63,617 bases of DNA from an uncultured Methanosarcinales archaeon (lineage in GTDB: Archaea; Nanobdellota; Nanobdellia; Woesearchaeales; WJKL01): positions 1 to 63,617 of the forward strand of contig CAZFSZ010000003.1 in NCBI GenBank assembly GCA_964521755.1, read 5' to 3'. Each line of letters starts with the position of its first letter. Within the stretch, counting starts at the first letter, position 1. The notes below the pieces were generated by a model. The model was not told the DNA's origin. It saw nothing but the letters and a program-made list of their open reading frames with translations, and ran no database searches. Below are positions 27,940-38,218 of the stretch, one piece after another. The translations under genes and the position numbers were made by a program.

Positions 27940-29566
27940 AGTATTCATTCTTGGCATTGATGGTGGAACACTAGATTTAGTAAGACCTTGGGCTGAAAAA
28001 GGACATCTACCTACCTTCAAAAAACTACTGGATCAAAATATAAGTGGCAACCTCAAATCTACCATACCTCCTTTAACTGGCCCTGCTTGGACTTCTTTTT
28101 TTACCGGGCAAAACCCAGGCAAGCATGGTTGTTTTGATTTTATGAAAAGAAAAAATAATTCTTACCAGAGAGAACCGATTAACATTGAAAAAATCCATCA
28201 AAAAACCATCTGGCATTTACTCAGCAAAGCAGGTAAAAAAATATGTTCTATTAACGTTCCTGTTACCTATCCACCAAAAAAAGTTAATGGTTATATGATA
28301 ACTGGCCTCATGACCCCCTCTACTAAAGAAAATTTCACTTATCCAAAAAAACTCAAAAAAGAAATACTAAAAAAATTTCCTTCTTATAAAATATCCATAG
28401 AGGGAACCTATCAACCAGGACAAGAAAAAGAGATAATTAAAGAATTAAGAGAGATAACAAAAACCAGAACTAAAGTAATCAAACATATGTATAAAAAAGA
28501 AAATTTTGATTTATTTATGGCTGTCTATGGGTCTTCTGATTATATGTCTCATTGGTTCTGGAGATACATGGACAAAAATCATTCCTTACATCAACCAAGA
28601 AAATCAAAAATATGGGAAAATGCTATCCTTAATTATTATAAACTGCTAGACAAACAAATCAAAGAAATACTCCACCTTATAGACAAGAACACAACCTTAT
28701 TTATCATTTCTGATCACGGCTTTGGTTGTTATGAAAAAGGGGTTTATATCAATAGTTGGCTCATCAAAAAAAGATATCTAAAATTAAAAAATAGGGTCTC
28801 CACCAAAATAAAATATTCGCTTCATCGAAACGGCCTCAATCTCAGCAACATTTTTCAAACCATCCAAAAACTAAGACTAGCCAACAACCCTCTACTAACC
28901 AAATTAGGGTTAAGTCATGGGCTTAGCAAGAAATCAGAATCTACCAGAAAAAAAATCCTCAACTTATTCAACTCATTACTTTTACTCTCATTTAAAGATG
29001 TTGACTGGCCAAAAACAAAAGCTTATTCTATAGGTAACTATGGACAAATATACCTCAACGTGAAAGGGAGAGAGCCACAAGGATCCATCAAAAAAGAAGA
29101 TTACAAAAAAGTTAGGAATGAATTGACAAAAGATCTCAAAACTATCAGAGACCCAAAGACAAAAAAAACAATTGATATTGAAGTTCTTAAAAAAGAAGAA
29201 ATCTACAAAGGACCATTCACTAAAAGAGGCCCTGACTTGTTCTTCATTATGAACAATTTTCGTTATATAGCAGCCCGTTATTTTGAATTTGGTTCTCCAA
29301 AACTATTTGGTCCCCCTCACAGAAATCTGTCTGGATCCCATAGAATGAATGGTATATTTATTGCTTATGGAAAAGAAATAAAAAAAGGAGGTATCAATCC
29401 TTCCTTGATTGATATTGCTCCTACAATTCTACACATGCTTAACGTGCCTATACCTAAAGAAATGGATGGAAAAGCACTCACAAATATTTTCAAAAAAGAA
29501 TCAAAATTTAAACAAAAACCTACTTACAAAAAAAAAGAGCCTTTTATTAAAAAAATTAATATTTAA
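27932..29566 (+). CDS. type I phosphodiesterase / nucleotide pyrophosphatase family (alkaline phosphatase superfamily)
   Basis: ILGIDGG... and STIPPLTGPAWTSFFTG (Thr nucleophile context), later ISDHGF. GAGG at 27922-27925 precedes the ATG at 27932. Confidence 0.7.
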   Translation: MNKVFILGIDGGTLDLVRPWAEKGHLPTFKKLLDQNISGNLKSTIPPLTGPAWTSFFTGQNPGKHGCFDFMKRKNNSYQREPINIEKIHQKTIWHLLSKAGKKICSINVPVTYPPKKVNGYMITGLMTPSTKENFTYPKKLKKEILKKFPSYKISIEGTYQPGQEKEIIKELREITKTRTKVIKHMYKKENFDLFMAVYGSSDYMSHWFWRYMDKNHSLHQPRKSKIWENAILNYYKLLDKQIKEILHLIDKNTTLFIISDHGFGCYEKGVYINSWLIKKRYLKLKNRVSTKIKYSLHRNGLNLSNIFQTIQKLRLANNPLLTKLGLSHGLSKKSESTRKKILNLFNSLLLLSFKDVDWPKTKAYSIGNYGQIYLNVKGREPQGSIKKEDYKKVRNELTKDLKTIRDPKTKKTIDIEVLKKEEIYKGPFTKRGPDLFFIMNNFRYIAARYFEFGSPKLFGPPHRNLSGSHRMNGIFIAYGKEIKKGGINPSLIDIAPTILHMLNVPIPKEMDGKALTNIFKKESKFKQKPTYKKKEPFIKKINI

Positions 29567-30555
29567 TTTTTTTCTCCAAAATGAATCTTTTTATTCAATG
29601 AATAGAACATACAAGCATAAAAGATACTCATAACCATAAAAACTGATCTGTCAAGTAAAGCCAAAGAAAAACCTAGGTCACTACTTACATTAAAAATCAA
29701 AAATAATAAAACTATGATTGCTTCTTTTGATCCTAAACTACTTGGAGCCATACTTATAGCTCCCAACCCAACAGCTAAGAAATAAATTCCCAAAACAGAA
29801 ACAAAACTAACTTCTAGACCTAAGGCAACCGACAAGATATAAAATCTTGTTCCCTGAATAAACCAAGCCAAAAAAGTCAATAAGACACCAAATAATAAAA
29901 CTTCCTTATCACCACTTAAATCTCGCATTTCTTCTAAAAATAATTTCCCATACTTTTTCATATGTTTCCTTAAACCAAAAACATCAAAAAAATTAAAGAA
30001 AAAATTATCTTCTATAAAATCAAATAACCACGAAACAAACACGGGTTTTCTTATTAATAAAAAAAAAGCCAAAATAATGAACAATATTAACAATGAAAAA
30101 ACAACAAAAACTTCTCCAACATGCACACTATTCAACAAAAATAAAGATAATAACCAAAAAATACCTAAAACAACAATAACTCCAAAGTTAAGAAACTTCT
30201 CAAATAAAGCTGAACTAAAACCTTTTATAAAACTATAATCTTTAAGTTTTTTAAGAGCATAAGCCCTATAAAAATCACCAGCCACATTAGGCATAAATAA
30301 AAAAACAAAGTTAGATGCACTAAATATTTTGAAAGATTTCTCCAAACCCAAATCTAATCCTCTTCTCTCTAATATTTTAGTCCAACGATAAGATTTAATC
30401 AAAACCGAAATAAAGGTTAAACCAAGAGCCAACAAAAAATAATAAAAATTAATCTCACAGATTTTAATAAAAACATTTTTTACATCAACAAAATAGAAAA
30501 GGGCAGCTAAAATAAAGAACCCTAAAGCAAAAGAGAACCATTTTTTCTTATCCAT
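29563..30555 (-). CDS. UPF0104 / lysyl-PG-synthase-TM-like flippase-like membrane protein
   Basis: About 8 TM helices with the family-typical size. Adjacent to the GT2 genes. Confidence 0.55.
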   Translation of the reverse strand: MDKKKWFSFALGFFILAALFYFVDVKNVFIKICEINFYYFLLALGLTFISVLIKSYRWTKILERRGLDLGLEKSFKIFSASNFVFLFMPNVAGDFYRAYALKKLKDYSFIKGFSSALFEKFLNFGVIVVLGIFWLLSLFLLNSVHVGEVFVVFSLLILFIILAFFLLIRKPVFVSWLFDFIEDNFFFNFFDVFGLRKHMKKYGKLFLEEMRDLSGDKEVLLFGVLLTFLAWFIQGTRFYILSVALGLEVSFVSVLGIYFLAVGLGAISMAPSSLGSKEAIIVLLFLIFNVSSDLGFSLALLDRSVFMVMSIFYACMFYSLNKKIHFGEKN

Positions 30556-30576
30556 ATACTATAGAAATAAACAACC

Positions 30577-31458
30577 TTATTTTAAATTTTCTATTACATT
30601 AGTTCTTTTTATTATCAATTCAGAAACAAGTCCTAAAAGACTTATTTGAATAGCTGCTAAAAAAAAAGCTACAGAAGCAGATCCTACATGCCCTACACCC
30701 AAATAATCAATAAATCCCTTTACTAAACTACCAACAAATAAAATAAGGGCTATAGGAACAAACACTTTCATAGGATTGAAATAAGTAACCAACCTAAGAA
30801 GTAAACTATTAAAACCAACAAAATCCTTTATAGGGTGTATCGTACTTTTACCTTTTCTTTTATTGTAATTAATTGTGATATATTTTACTTCATAATTGTT
30901 AGTTAGACAGGCCATTGTTATTGTACTAGTAAATGAAAATCCTTGAGGGAAAAGATCCCAAAATCTCACTGCAATTTTTTTTTTAAAAATTCTTAATCCA
31001 GAATTTAAATCAGGGATTTTTGTGTTAGCTAGATAACTTGCTAACTTTCTTAAAAACCATTTTGCTGGTCTTCTTAACAAAGGTATACTAACTTTTTTTC
31101 CTATTCTAGCACCCACAACCATATCATATTTATCAATATAATTTAATAATCTAGGTATATCTTTTATTGGGTAAGTACCATCGGCATCTGTAATTAAAAT
31201 CCACTTACTTTTAGCCTCTTTTATTCCTGTCTTAAGAGCTCCACCATAGCCTTTATTTTTTGTATGTTCTATAACTCTAATTCCTTTTATTTTTTTCAAT
31301 ATCTCTTTACTTTTATCTTTACTAAAATCGTCTACAGCAATTATTTCAAAATTATAGTCTAAATCCTTAATAGTTTCTTTTATTTTACGTAAAGTAAAAG
31401 AAACTGTTTTTTCTTCATTATAAACAGGAATTACTATACTTATTTTAGTCTTTTTCAT
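30577..31458 (-). CDS. GT2 glycosyltransferase with C-terminal TM helices (dolichyl-phosphate hexose synthase-like)
   Basis: ISIVIPVYNEEKT, AVDDFSKD, TDADGTYP; two C-terminal TM helices. Confidence 0.85.
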   Translation of the reverse strand: MKKTKISIVIPVYNEEKTVSFTLRKIKETIKDLDYNFEIIAVDDFSKDKSKEILKKIKGIRVIEHTKNKGYGGALKTGIKEAKSKWILITDADGTYPIKDIPRLLNYIDKYDMVVGARIGKKVSIPLLRRPAKWFLRKLASYLANTKIPDLNSGLRIFKKKIAVRFWDLFPQGFSFTSTITMACLTNNYEVKYITINYNKRKGKSTIHPIKDFVGFNSLLLRLVTYFNPMKVFVPIALILFVGSLVKGFIDYLGVGHVGSASVAFFLAAIQISLLGLVSELIIKRTNVIENLK

Positions 31459-31786
31459 TTTTCTCCTTCTTCTCTATTGCTATCCTACTTACTAAAGAAG
31501 TTATAGTTTCCTCTATCTTCTGTAGTTTGATATATATCTGAAATATAAGAAAAAACAATATAATAATACTCACATAAATTGCAATATCTATCCCTCTTCC
31601 TACCCCCAATATATTAGCTAAAAAACTAGTAGTTGAGGGCAGTATTGAAACTATGATTATTGCTGTCCATATTATGCTCCAAAATACAAATGAAGAGGCT
31701 TTTAGTTTTTCCTTCTTGAATTTTTGAATTGTTTTGACTAACAAAAACAATGCAAATACTATTCCAAAAATTTGAATTAATTGCAT
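31445..31786 (-). CDS. small membrane protein (DUF2304-like GT2 partner)
   Basis: 113 aa with 3 TM helices, sandwiched between two GT2 genes as is typical for this family. Confidence 0.55.
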   Translation of the reverse strand: MQLIQIFGIVFALFLLVKTIQKFKKEKLKASSFVFWSIIWTAIIIVSILPSTTSFLANILGVGRGIDIAIYVSIIILFFLIFQIYIKLQKIEETITSLVSRIAIEKKEKNEKD

Positions 31787-31787
31787 T

Positions 31788-32462
31788 TTAATCTATAAGT
31801 TTTTTTAACAGCATTTTTACAAATATTCTCAATGCATTCCACGAACTCTGTCCTTTTTTCTTTGAATAATCTGTATATCTGATATTTACTGGTACTTCTT
31901 TATACTTTAATCTCTTTTTCTTTATTTCCTCAATAATTTCAGAAGCATGCTCCATTCTGTTGGATTTAATTTCTATTTTTTTAGCTGACTTTTTACTCAT
32001 AGCTCTCAAACCATTATGTACATCAGTCAGTTTAATTCCATACATCGTTCTTATAACATATATACCGCATTTAAGCACTATTCTCTTAAAAAAAGGAACA
32101 TTTGATTTTTTATCTAAAAATCTGCTTCCCAAACAAATATCTACTTTTCCTTCTTTCACAGGCTTAATTAATTTTTCAATATCTTCAGCTCTGTGCTGTC
32201 CGTCTGCATCAAATGTAACTATAATATCAGCATCTTTTTTAAGTGCATAATCTATTCCTGTCTTAAGAGCAGCACCCTGCCCCCTATTTACAATATGCTT
32301 AAGTACTGTTGTACTTTCATCTGAAGCAACTTTAGAAGTATTGTCTCTACTGTTATCATCAACAACAACAATATTCCCATAACCATTTTTTTTAAGATCC
32401 TTAATTACTTTTCTTATGGTTTTTTCTTCATTATAAGCAGGAATCACAATAAATTCTTTCAT
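31788..32462 (-). CDS. GT2 glycosyltransferase
   Basis: VIPAYNEEKTI, VVDDNSRD, TFDADGQH. Confidence 0.85.
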   Translation of the reverse strand: MKEFIVIPAYNEEKTIRKVIKDLKKNGYGNIVVVDDNSRDNTSKVASDESTTVLKHIVNRGQGAALKTGIDYALKKDADIIVTFDADGQHRAEDIEKLIKPVKEGKVDICLGSRFLDKKSNVPFFKRIVLKCGIYVIRTMYGIKLTDVHNGLRAMSKKSAKKIEIKSNRMEHASEIIEEIKKKRLKYKEVPVNIRYTDYSKKKGQSSWNALRIFVKMLLKKLID

Positions 32463-32484
32463 TTTTATATTAAAAGTTTTATTC

Positions 32485-32492
32485 TTTATAAA
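32485..32492 (-). promoter_or_regulatory. TATA box (TTTATAAA) for the GT2 operon
   Basis: 23-30 nt upstream of the ATG at 32462. Confidence 0.45.
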
Positions 32493-32498
32493 TTTTTT

Positions 32499-35400
32499 TT
32501 AAGAAGTAGAATTTGTTTGAATTTCAATATCTTTGACTAATTCCTCTTTTTCTTTATCAAATATATTGTTCTTTGTTTTTCCATTCCAATCTACCTTCCA
32601 GACATAAATTTGTCCACCTGTAATTTGTTTTCTTTCACTAAAAAGATCAAAATATTTAGAACCATGCCCCTGAAGATAGAAAAGTTTTGTAAATGTAGAT
32701 TCAACTAATCTATAATCCATCAAGATTATTCTATAATTTCCATTTTCCAAAGGCACAAATACTGCTCCTAACTCAACATTATTATTTGTAGTTAATATCT
32801 GTCCATCAAATTCCTTGACTATAATATCCTCATCTTCAGGAATAGCTATTTTCTTTGGATATATCTTTCCTCCAGAAGAATCAATCCATGCTTCATTATT
32901 TTCAATATCTAATTTCATTCCATTATTACAGACAACTAAATTTTCTTCCTTTACACATCTTCCTTCTCCAGCATAACTTGGCCACGGAGCAATCCATGAA
33001 TCAGCCTGTCTTGTTGAAGTTATTGCCTGAACATCATAATAATATTCTTCTGCTTTTTCTTCTGAATAGTTGAATTTATTCTGGATAATTTCAACTGCTT
33101 CTTCTCTGTTTTTTACTTTTCTTAATTTATTATAGATATAAGCTCTTTTAAAATCCCAGCTTCCAAAATGAGCCCATACTCCTGATTTTCCAACCATATC
33201 CTCTGAAGTTATGTAATAATTCTCAGGAGCCTCGCAGTGTGTATATTGAATAACTTCTTCAACTTCTTCTTCAGTTATATACTCTCTTAAATAGTCTTTT
33301 GCATTTTCCTTCTCCATAACAATAATTTCATTCAATATATCAATAGATTTTACAGTATCATTTAATATATTATCCAAAACCCAAAAAGCATTGTTATTTC
33401 CACAGTCAACCATTCTTAATATTCCAACAGCTTTTTCTTCATCATTTTCCAATAAACTTTTTCCAACCCAATGAGCCATATGTCTGTCCTGTCCTCCACC
33501 GTCAAAAGTAACTCTTCTATCTGCTAAAGTAATAAACCAATGTCCGAAATCCCACCAACTATTGATTATAGCATCTTCACTTGATTTTTCTTTTATCTCA
33601 GTTAAAGTATCATACCATGCATCATTCATACTTGGAATTTCATTCTTTGCAGTTTTATTTGCTGAAGAAATAGGTCCAGCCAATAACAATAAAAGAACCA
33701 ATATCAGAACAATATTAACAACATTCTTCGGAATCTTCATCTCTTTATTGATCCATTTAGAAGCAAACTGATAAATTATTCCTGCTCCAGCTCCAAAAGC
33801 TATTGAAAAAGCAGGCACCAATAATAATACAAATCTTACTCCCTGTGTTGAAGCATAGATAGTTCCAATAAACCATACAGCAAGCAAAAAGAACTGTTTA
33901 AAATATCTCTCTCCTGATTTGTCTTTTTTTGTTAATGTAAGAGCAAGCCCTAACAATGAAAAAGCAAACAAAAATTTCCCTCCAATCTGATTTGCTATTG
34001 TTTTAATAGAAGCTGTATTTAATTCTGCAACTGTTGTTCTAATATTTGGCCAGATAGAAGTAATTCCTACTGTTTTAAGACCTGTTATTATTTTGGTCGG
34101 TTTATTGAAGAATCCATCATAAAATATATTAAAATCTTTAAATAAGGCAATAAATATTCCAGAGAAAACAACAAATATTAACAATATTATTAATGTATTC
34201 TTAACCTTTGGTTGTTTAAATAATTCCAACCAATTCTCTTTAATCTTCTTTCTATTAATAAAAATACTATAAATAAGATAGACACCAATCGCTCCCAATA
34301 TGGCATTAAAAATATACCACCATCCAGACCAAGCAAAAGCAAACAACCCAATAGATAATCCTGATAAACAAGTCAACCCAATCTTCTTTTTCCAATTTTC
34401 TGCTTCAAAAGCCTCTAAAAACAGCCAAACAGCAAGCAAAGGAAATAAGACATTATAGGCATCTGTATCTGAAAATCCTCCTGCTGTTCTTCCTAAAAAA
34501 GCAGAATTTACTGCAACCATCATTCCTGCAAAAAATCCTCCAACATTACCTCCAATTCTTTTACCAATAAAAAAAGCAGGAAGTACAGCCAATGCTGAAA
34601 TGATAACAGGAATCAGAAACATAACTCCCATCAAAGAAACATCATTATTAAAAAAACTTACAAATTTGTATAGATAACCTGAAAAATAGCTGTGAAACGA
34701 CATTGAAGATGGAGAGCCAATCGGAGCCATTCTTTGCCCATCCCAATCTTGCTTTTTATCGAAATTAATATCAGACCCTCTTCCTTCTAGATACAATTTT
34801 ATATCTTCACTAACACCATATTCTCCTCCAACATAAGTTGTTCCTGCTTGTCCATTCTCAATATAATGCCTTACATGCCTCATATAATAATAAGGATCAA
34901 TAGCTAAAAGATAGGTATTTCCGTCTTCATCTTTCATCCTTTCCTTAAAACTCTCAGCAGTAGCTTCAATCTCTTTCTCTAATCTATTTTCATTCTCATT
35001 CAAAAATTCTATAAACTGGCTTTGGATCAAGCTTTGTTTGTTGGCATCAGGAAGATTAGGATACTGCTTGTCTATATCATTCTTTATCTGATTTTGATAA
35101 AAACTATAAACACTGTTTTCTGCCCACTCTTCAGTTACAGGAAGATCAGCTGGATACATCCTAAAAAACACAGAAAAAAATACTGCAGTCAATATCAATA
35201 ATATAGGAATTGCACATTTTTTATCTTTAAAAAAACCAGATATTCTTCTAAAATCAATTGAAAGCTCTTCTGATTTTTCTTCTTCTACCTTTTCAACTTT
35301 CTCCTCTTCTTTCTCTACCTTCTTCTCTTCCCTCTCTTCCTCTTTCTTTATTTTATTTTCTTTTTTTTCCAAATCTTCTATTTTTTTCTTTTCTTTTTCT

Positions 35401-35606
35401 ATAATCTTCTCACTGTCTTCTAATTTTTCTAATCTTTCTTTTCCTTCTTTCTCTTCCTCTTTTAATTCCTCAATCTTAATCTTCTCTTCTTTAATATCTT
35501 CTTCAACTTCTTTCTCAGCCTTTTCAGCTTTAGAACTAGCTTTCTTTCTTTTGAAAAAATTCTTTATCTTTTTCAAATCAATTGAAATCTCTTCATCATC
35601 TTCCAT
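32499..35606 (-). CDS. aglB: archaeal oligosaccharyltransferase AglB (STT3 family) with a ~130-aa K/E-rich N-terminal extension
   Basis: WWDFGHW (the WWDYG motif), SDTDAY (DxD) in the first loop, about 13 TM helices and a large C-terminal soluble domain. Confidence 0.92.
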   Translation of the reverse strand: MEDDEEISIDLKKIKNFFKRKKASSKAEKAEKEVEEDIKEEKIKIEELKEEEKEGKERLEKLEDSEKIIEKEKKKIEDLEKKENKIKKEEEREEKKVEKEEEKVEKVEEEKSEELSIDFRRISGFFKDKKCAIPILLILTAVFFSVFFRMYPADLPVTEEWAENSVYSFYQNQIKNDIDKQYPNLPDANKQSLIQSQFIEFLNENENRLEKEIEATAESFKERMKDEDGNTYLLAIDPYYYMRHVRHYIENGQAGTTYVGGEYGVSEDIKLYLEGRGSDINFDKKQDWDGQRMAPIGSPSSMSFHSYFSGYLYKFVSFFNNDVSLMGVMFLIPVIISALAVLPAFFIGKRIGGNVGGFFAGMMVAVNSAFLGRTAGGFSDTDAYNVLFPLLAVWLFLEAFEAENWKKKIGLTCLSGLSIGLFAFAWSGWWYIFNAILGAIGVYLIYSIFINRKKIKENWLELFKQPKVKNTLIILLIFVVFSGIFIALFKDFNIFYDGFFNKPTKIITGLKTVGITSIWPNIRTTVAELNTASIKTIANQIGGKFLFAFSLLGLALTLTKKDKSGERYFKQFFLLAVWFIGTIYASTQGVRFVLLLVPAFSIAFGAGAGIIYQFASKWINKEMKIPKNVVNIVLILVLLLLLAGPISSANKTAKNEIPSMNDAWYDTLTEIKEKSSEDAIINSWWDFGHWFITLADRRVTFDGGGQDRHMAHWVGKSLLENDEEKAVGILRMVDCGNNNAFWVLDNILNDTVKSIDILNEIIVMEKENAKDYLREYITEEEVEEVIQYTHCEAPENYYITSEDMVGKSGVWAHFGSWDFKRAYIYNKLRKVKNREEAVEIIQNKFNYSEEKAEEYYYDVQAITSTRQADSWIAPWPSYAGEGRCVKEENLVVCNNGMKLDIENNEAWIDSSGGKIYPKKIAIPEDEDIIVKEFDGQILTTNNNVELGAVFVPLENGNYRIILMDYRLVESTFTKLFYLQGHGSKYFDLFSERKQITGGQIYVWKVDWNGKTKNNIFDKEKEELVKDIEIQTNSTS

Positions 35607-35629
35607 TTTATCTTCTTGAGGAAATTAAC

Positions 35630-36715
35630 CTAATTTATAAATTTTGTTGTATATTTCAACACAGATGGTTTTTTCAATAAAATCCCCAAAATCAATTTTT
35701 TTGGATTGTCCCTGCTGTATTTATTCATAATTTGCTTAATTTTTGGATTATTTAATTTTTTAAGTAGATCATTATAATCTTTATCAGAAAAATTATTTAA
35801 CACCTGCCTAATTTTTAGATGGAGTTTTAATTTTCTATTTAGTTTTTTTAACTCTTTTTTATAATCTTTTTTATTAACCAAACAATCAGCTAATATCTTT
35901 GCTCCCTTTAAACCAGGAACTAACCCTCCTCCTGTAGTAGCTTTTAACTGAGCAGCAGCATCCCCTACTAGATATATATTTTCTTCATTTACTTTAATTT
36001 TCTTATCAAATATAGGAATTAAACCTGCTTGATGCTCTATAATATTTTTTTTAAGTATATTTTTATTTTTCAGAAATTTATTGAACTTGTCTTTAGAATC
36101 TTTTCTAGAAGCAATACCTACTCTAGCTACTTTCTCAGACTCAGGGACTATCCAGGCAAAAAAATCCTTACATAAGCTTCCCAAATAAACTTGATATAAT
36201 CCCAAGTCATAATTTCCTTTAATTCTTGCTTGAACTCCAAAATAGAATTCTCTTTTTCCAAACATTTTGTTGGATTTAGCAACTTCTGATAAAGGGCCGT
36301 CTGCTCCAATTATATATTCTGATTCAAGCTCCTGTATTTTATTGTCTTTATCAGCCACAACTGCGTTATTATTTCTTATTCCAAGATATTTATGATTAAG
36401 ATAAATCTTAGCACCATTTTTTTTGGCTTTTTTAGCTAAATATTTATCAAATTTTTCCCTATTTATTACAATATCATTTACAGGAAGAGTTAATTTTTGA
36501 TTTTTAGAAAAAATCTTTATTTTACTGGTTTTATTGGCTATAAATTCTTTTTTTAGATTTAAAATTTTTTTAATTTCGGGAGTTATTATACCTGTACATT
36601 GTATTGGCTTTCCAATCTCTGCCTTTTTTTCATATATAGCTACATTCTTGCCTTTCTTAGCCAACAACCCCCCTAAAAAACAGCCTATTGGCCCTGCTCC
36701 GATTATAACAATCAT
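35630..36715 (-). CDS. geranylgeranyl reductase family FAD-dependent oxidoreductase
   Basis: IIGAGPIGCFLGGLLAKKG dinucleotide fold and LVGDAA motif. 361 aa. Confidence 0.8.
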   Translation of the reverse strand: MIVIIGAGPIGCFLGGLLAKKGKNVAIYEKKAEIGKPIQCTGIITPEIKKILNLKKEFIANKTSKIKIFSKNQKLTLPVNDIVINREKFDKYLAKKAKKNGAKIYLNHKYLGIRNNNAVVADKDNKIQELESEYIIGADGPLSEVAKSNKMFGKREFYFGVQARIKGNYDLGLYQVYLGSLCKDFFAWIVPESEKVARVGIASRKDSKDKFNKFLKNKNILKKNIIEHQAGLIPIFDKKIKVNEENIYLVGDAAAQLKATTGGGLVPGLKGAKILADCLVNKKDYKKELKKLNRKLKLHLKIRQVLNNFSDKDYNDLLKKLNNPKIKQIMNKYSRDNPKKLILGILLKKPSVLKYTTKFIN

Positions 36716-36824
36716 ATTATCCCCTTATTTGATTAAATAAATTCAAGTTTGTTGAATATTCCCTCAACTGAGATTTAATATAAATTAAAGAGAAAAAGAT
36801 AAAAAAAATAAAAAAATACTACAT

Positions 36825-38078
36825 TTAGTAGTAAGTTTCTTCTTGAAGTTCTTCGTCTTTTCCTTTCAGTCTGTTAAAACCAACAATTAAGCCGATTACA
36901 ACCAAAAGTACAACAAGAACAACTAATGCAGCTTCTAGGCCTTTCTTAGCTTTATCCCAGCCATTGCTTCCAGCTTCAACGTTAGCATCCAAAGTAATCT
37001 CTTTAACTGTTTCGTCTCCGCTTTTGATAGTTAGTCCAAAGCTTTGTGCTCCTTCGCTAGCATCTTCGTTAGCTGAAACATATACATAAACAACCTTTGT
37101 TTCACCAGCACTTAGAACAGCTACATTTGGACTGATTTTTATATCTGCCCAGTTTCCTGCTTCAGCGCTTATTGTATATGTGTTTGCTGAGTTCCCAGTG
37201 TTGCTTATTGTTAATGGATAAACAGCTCCGGTTTCACCTGCTGTTACTGTCTGAGCTTCTGCACTAACAGCGATAACTGTCTTGTCTTCGTCTAATCCGC
37301 AGACATCTCCTTCAACAATATTGATTAAGAAGTTTTCAGATATTTCTTCATCTCCTTCGTCAAATTCAACAGTTACTGTTGCTGTGTATTCACCAGCTTC
37401 AGCACATTCAGGTATTCTCATCCAAAGATCTTCACTAGTTACAGAGTCTTCTTCCTCAACTTCATCAACATAATCAGAAACACTGATTCCAAGCTCAGGA
37501 ATGCTTACTCTAACCTTAACATCTTCTTCTGTCTCTTCTCCCATGTTTTTCATTCTTACTCTAGTGTACAAAGCTCTTCCAGCCTTAACCTGATTTTCAG
37601 GGTCAAAGATAACGTCTTTGATCTTCATAAGGTTCTTTGCTGGTTTAACTCTGATTATAGTTGTATATTCAACTTCTTCATCAGAATTTCTGTCACTTAC
37701 TTCAATTCTCAAAGCATACTCTTCATCTTCAACTTCCATTCTTTCTGGTAAGCTTATATAAAGAGTCTCATATCTGGTATCTCCAGCATCCATTGAGAAT
37801 TCTTCTGTCTTGTCTGTTGCTTCATCACTGTCATGGTCTGTCTCTACTGTAGCTTCTACTTTAAGAGTGTCAGAATCTTCCAGAGCTTCAAGCTTAACTT
37901 CAACCTCTAGTTCTTCTGTTCCTCTCTCTATAGCTAGATTGTCGCCATCTTCAACAACTTTGCCGTCAACGTAAACCTTTTCGATTGAAACAGGTACGCT
38001 ATCCGCATTTGCTATTCCGGAGATAGCGAACAAGCCTATTAGCATTATTGCCAATACACTTAATATTTTTGCTTTCAT
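36825..38078 (-). CDS. acidic surface protein, S-layer-like, with signal peptide and C-terminal TM anchor
   Basis: Signal peptide MKAKILSVLAIMLIGLFAISGIANA, CARDB-like beta-sandwich repeats, a C-terminal helix ALVVLVVLLVVIGLIVGF and a short charged tail. Strong GGAGGG SD. Confidence 0.6.
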   Translation of the reverse strand: MKAKILSVLAIMLIGLFAISGIANADSVPVSIEKVYVDGKVVEDGDNLAIERGTEELEVEVKLEALEDSDTLKVEATVETDHDSDEATDKTEEFSMDAGDTRYETLYISLPERMEVEDEEYALRIEVSDRNSDEEVEYTTIIRVKPAKNLMKIKDVIFDPENQVKAGRALYTRVRMKNMGEETEEDVKVRVSIPELGISVSDYVDEVEEEDSVTSEDLWMRIPECAEAGEYTATVTVEFDEGDEEISENFLINIVEGDVCGLDEDKTVIAVSAEAQTVTAGETGAVYPLTISNTGNSANTYTISAEAGNWADIKISPNVAVLSAGETKVVYVYVSANEDASEGAQSFGLTIKSGDETVKEITLDANVEAGSNGWDKAKKGLEAALVVLVVLLVVIGLIVGFNRLKGKDEELQEETYY

Positions 38079-38087
38079 TTTTTGTAT

Positions 38088-38093
38088 CCCTCC
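38088..38093 (-). promoter_or_regulatory. Shine-Dalgarno GGAGGG for the S-layer-like gene
   Basis: Nine nt upstream of the ATG at 38078. The gene has a leader, unlike most first genes here. Confidence 0.5.
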
Positions 38094-38218
38094 GTATACG
38101 GTTTTTATCTAAATTTGAATTATCTACCCACACCCTTTATTTATAAAATATAAATTTGAACCCTTTATAAACCTTTTGGTTTTTAGTATACTAGAGTAAC
38201 AACAATATTTAACTACTT

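Noticed and set aside
35230-35606. A ~370-nt polypyrimidine (plus strand) tract that could be a structural or regulatory DNA element.
   Set aside because: It is fully explained as the coding sequence of the K/E-rich N-terminal extension of AglB, with AAR/GAR codons on the minus strand.
38092-38101. Perfect 10-nt palindrome CCGTATACGG just upstream of the S-layer-like gene SD, as an operator or RNA switch.
   Set aside because: It is a single short palindrome with no second copy or partner site in the window. It could equally be a chance feature of the 5-prime UTR.
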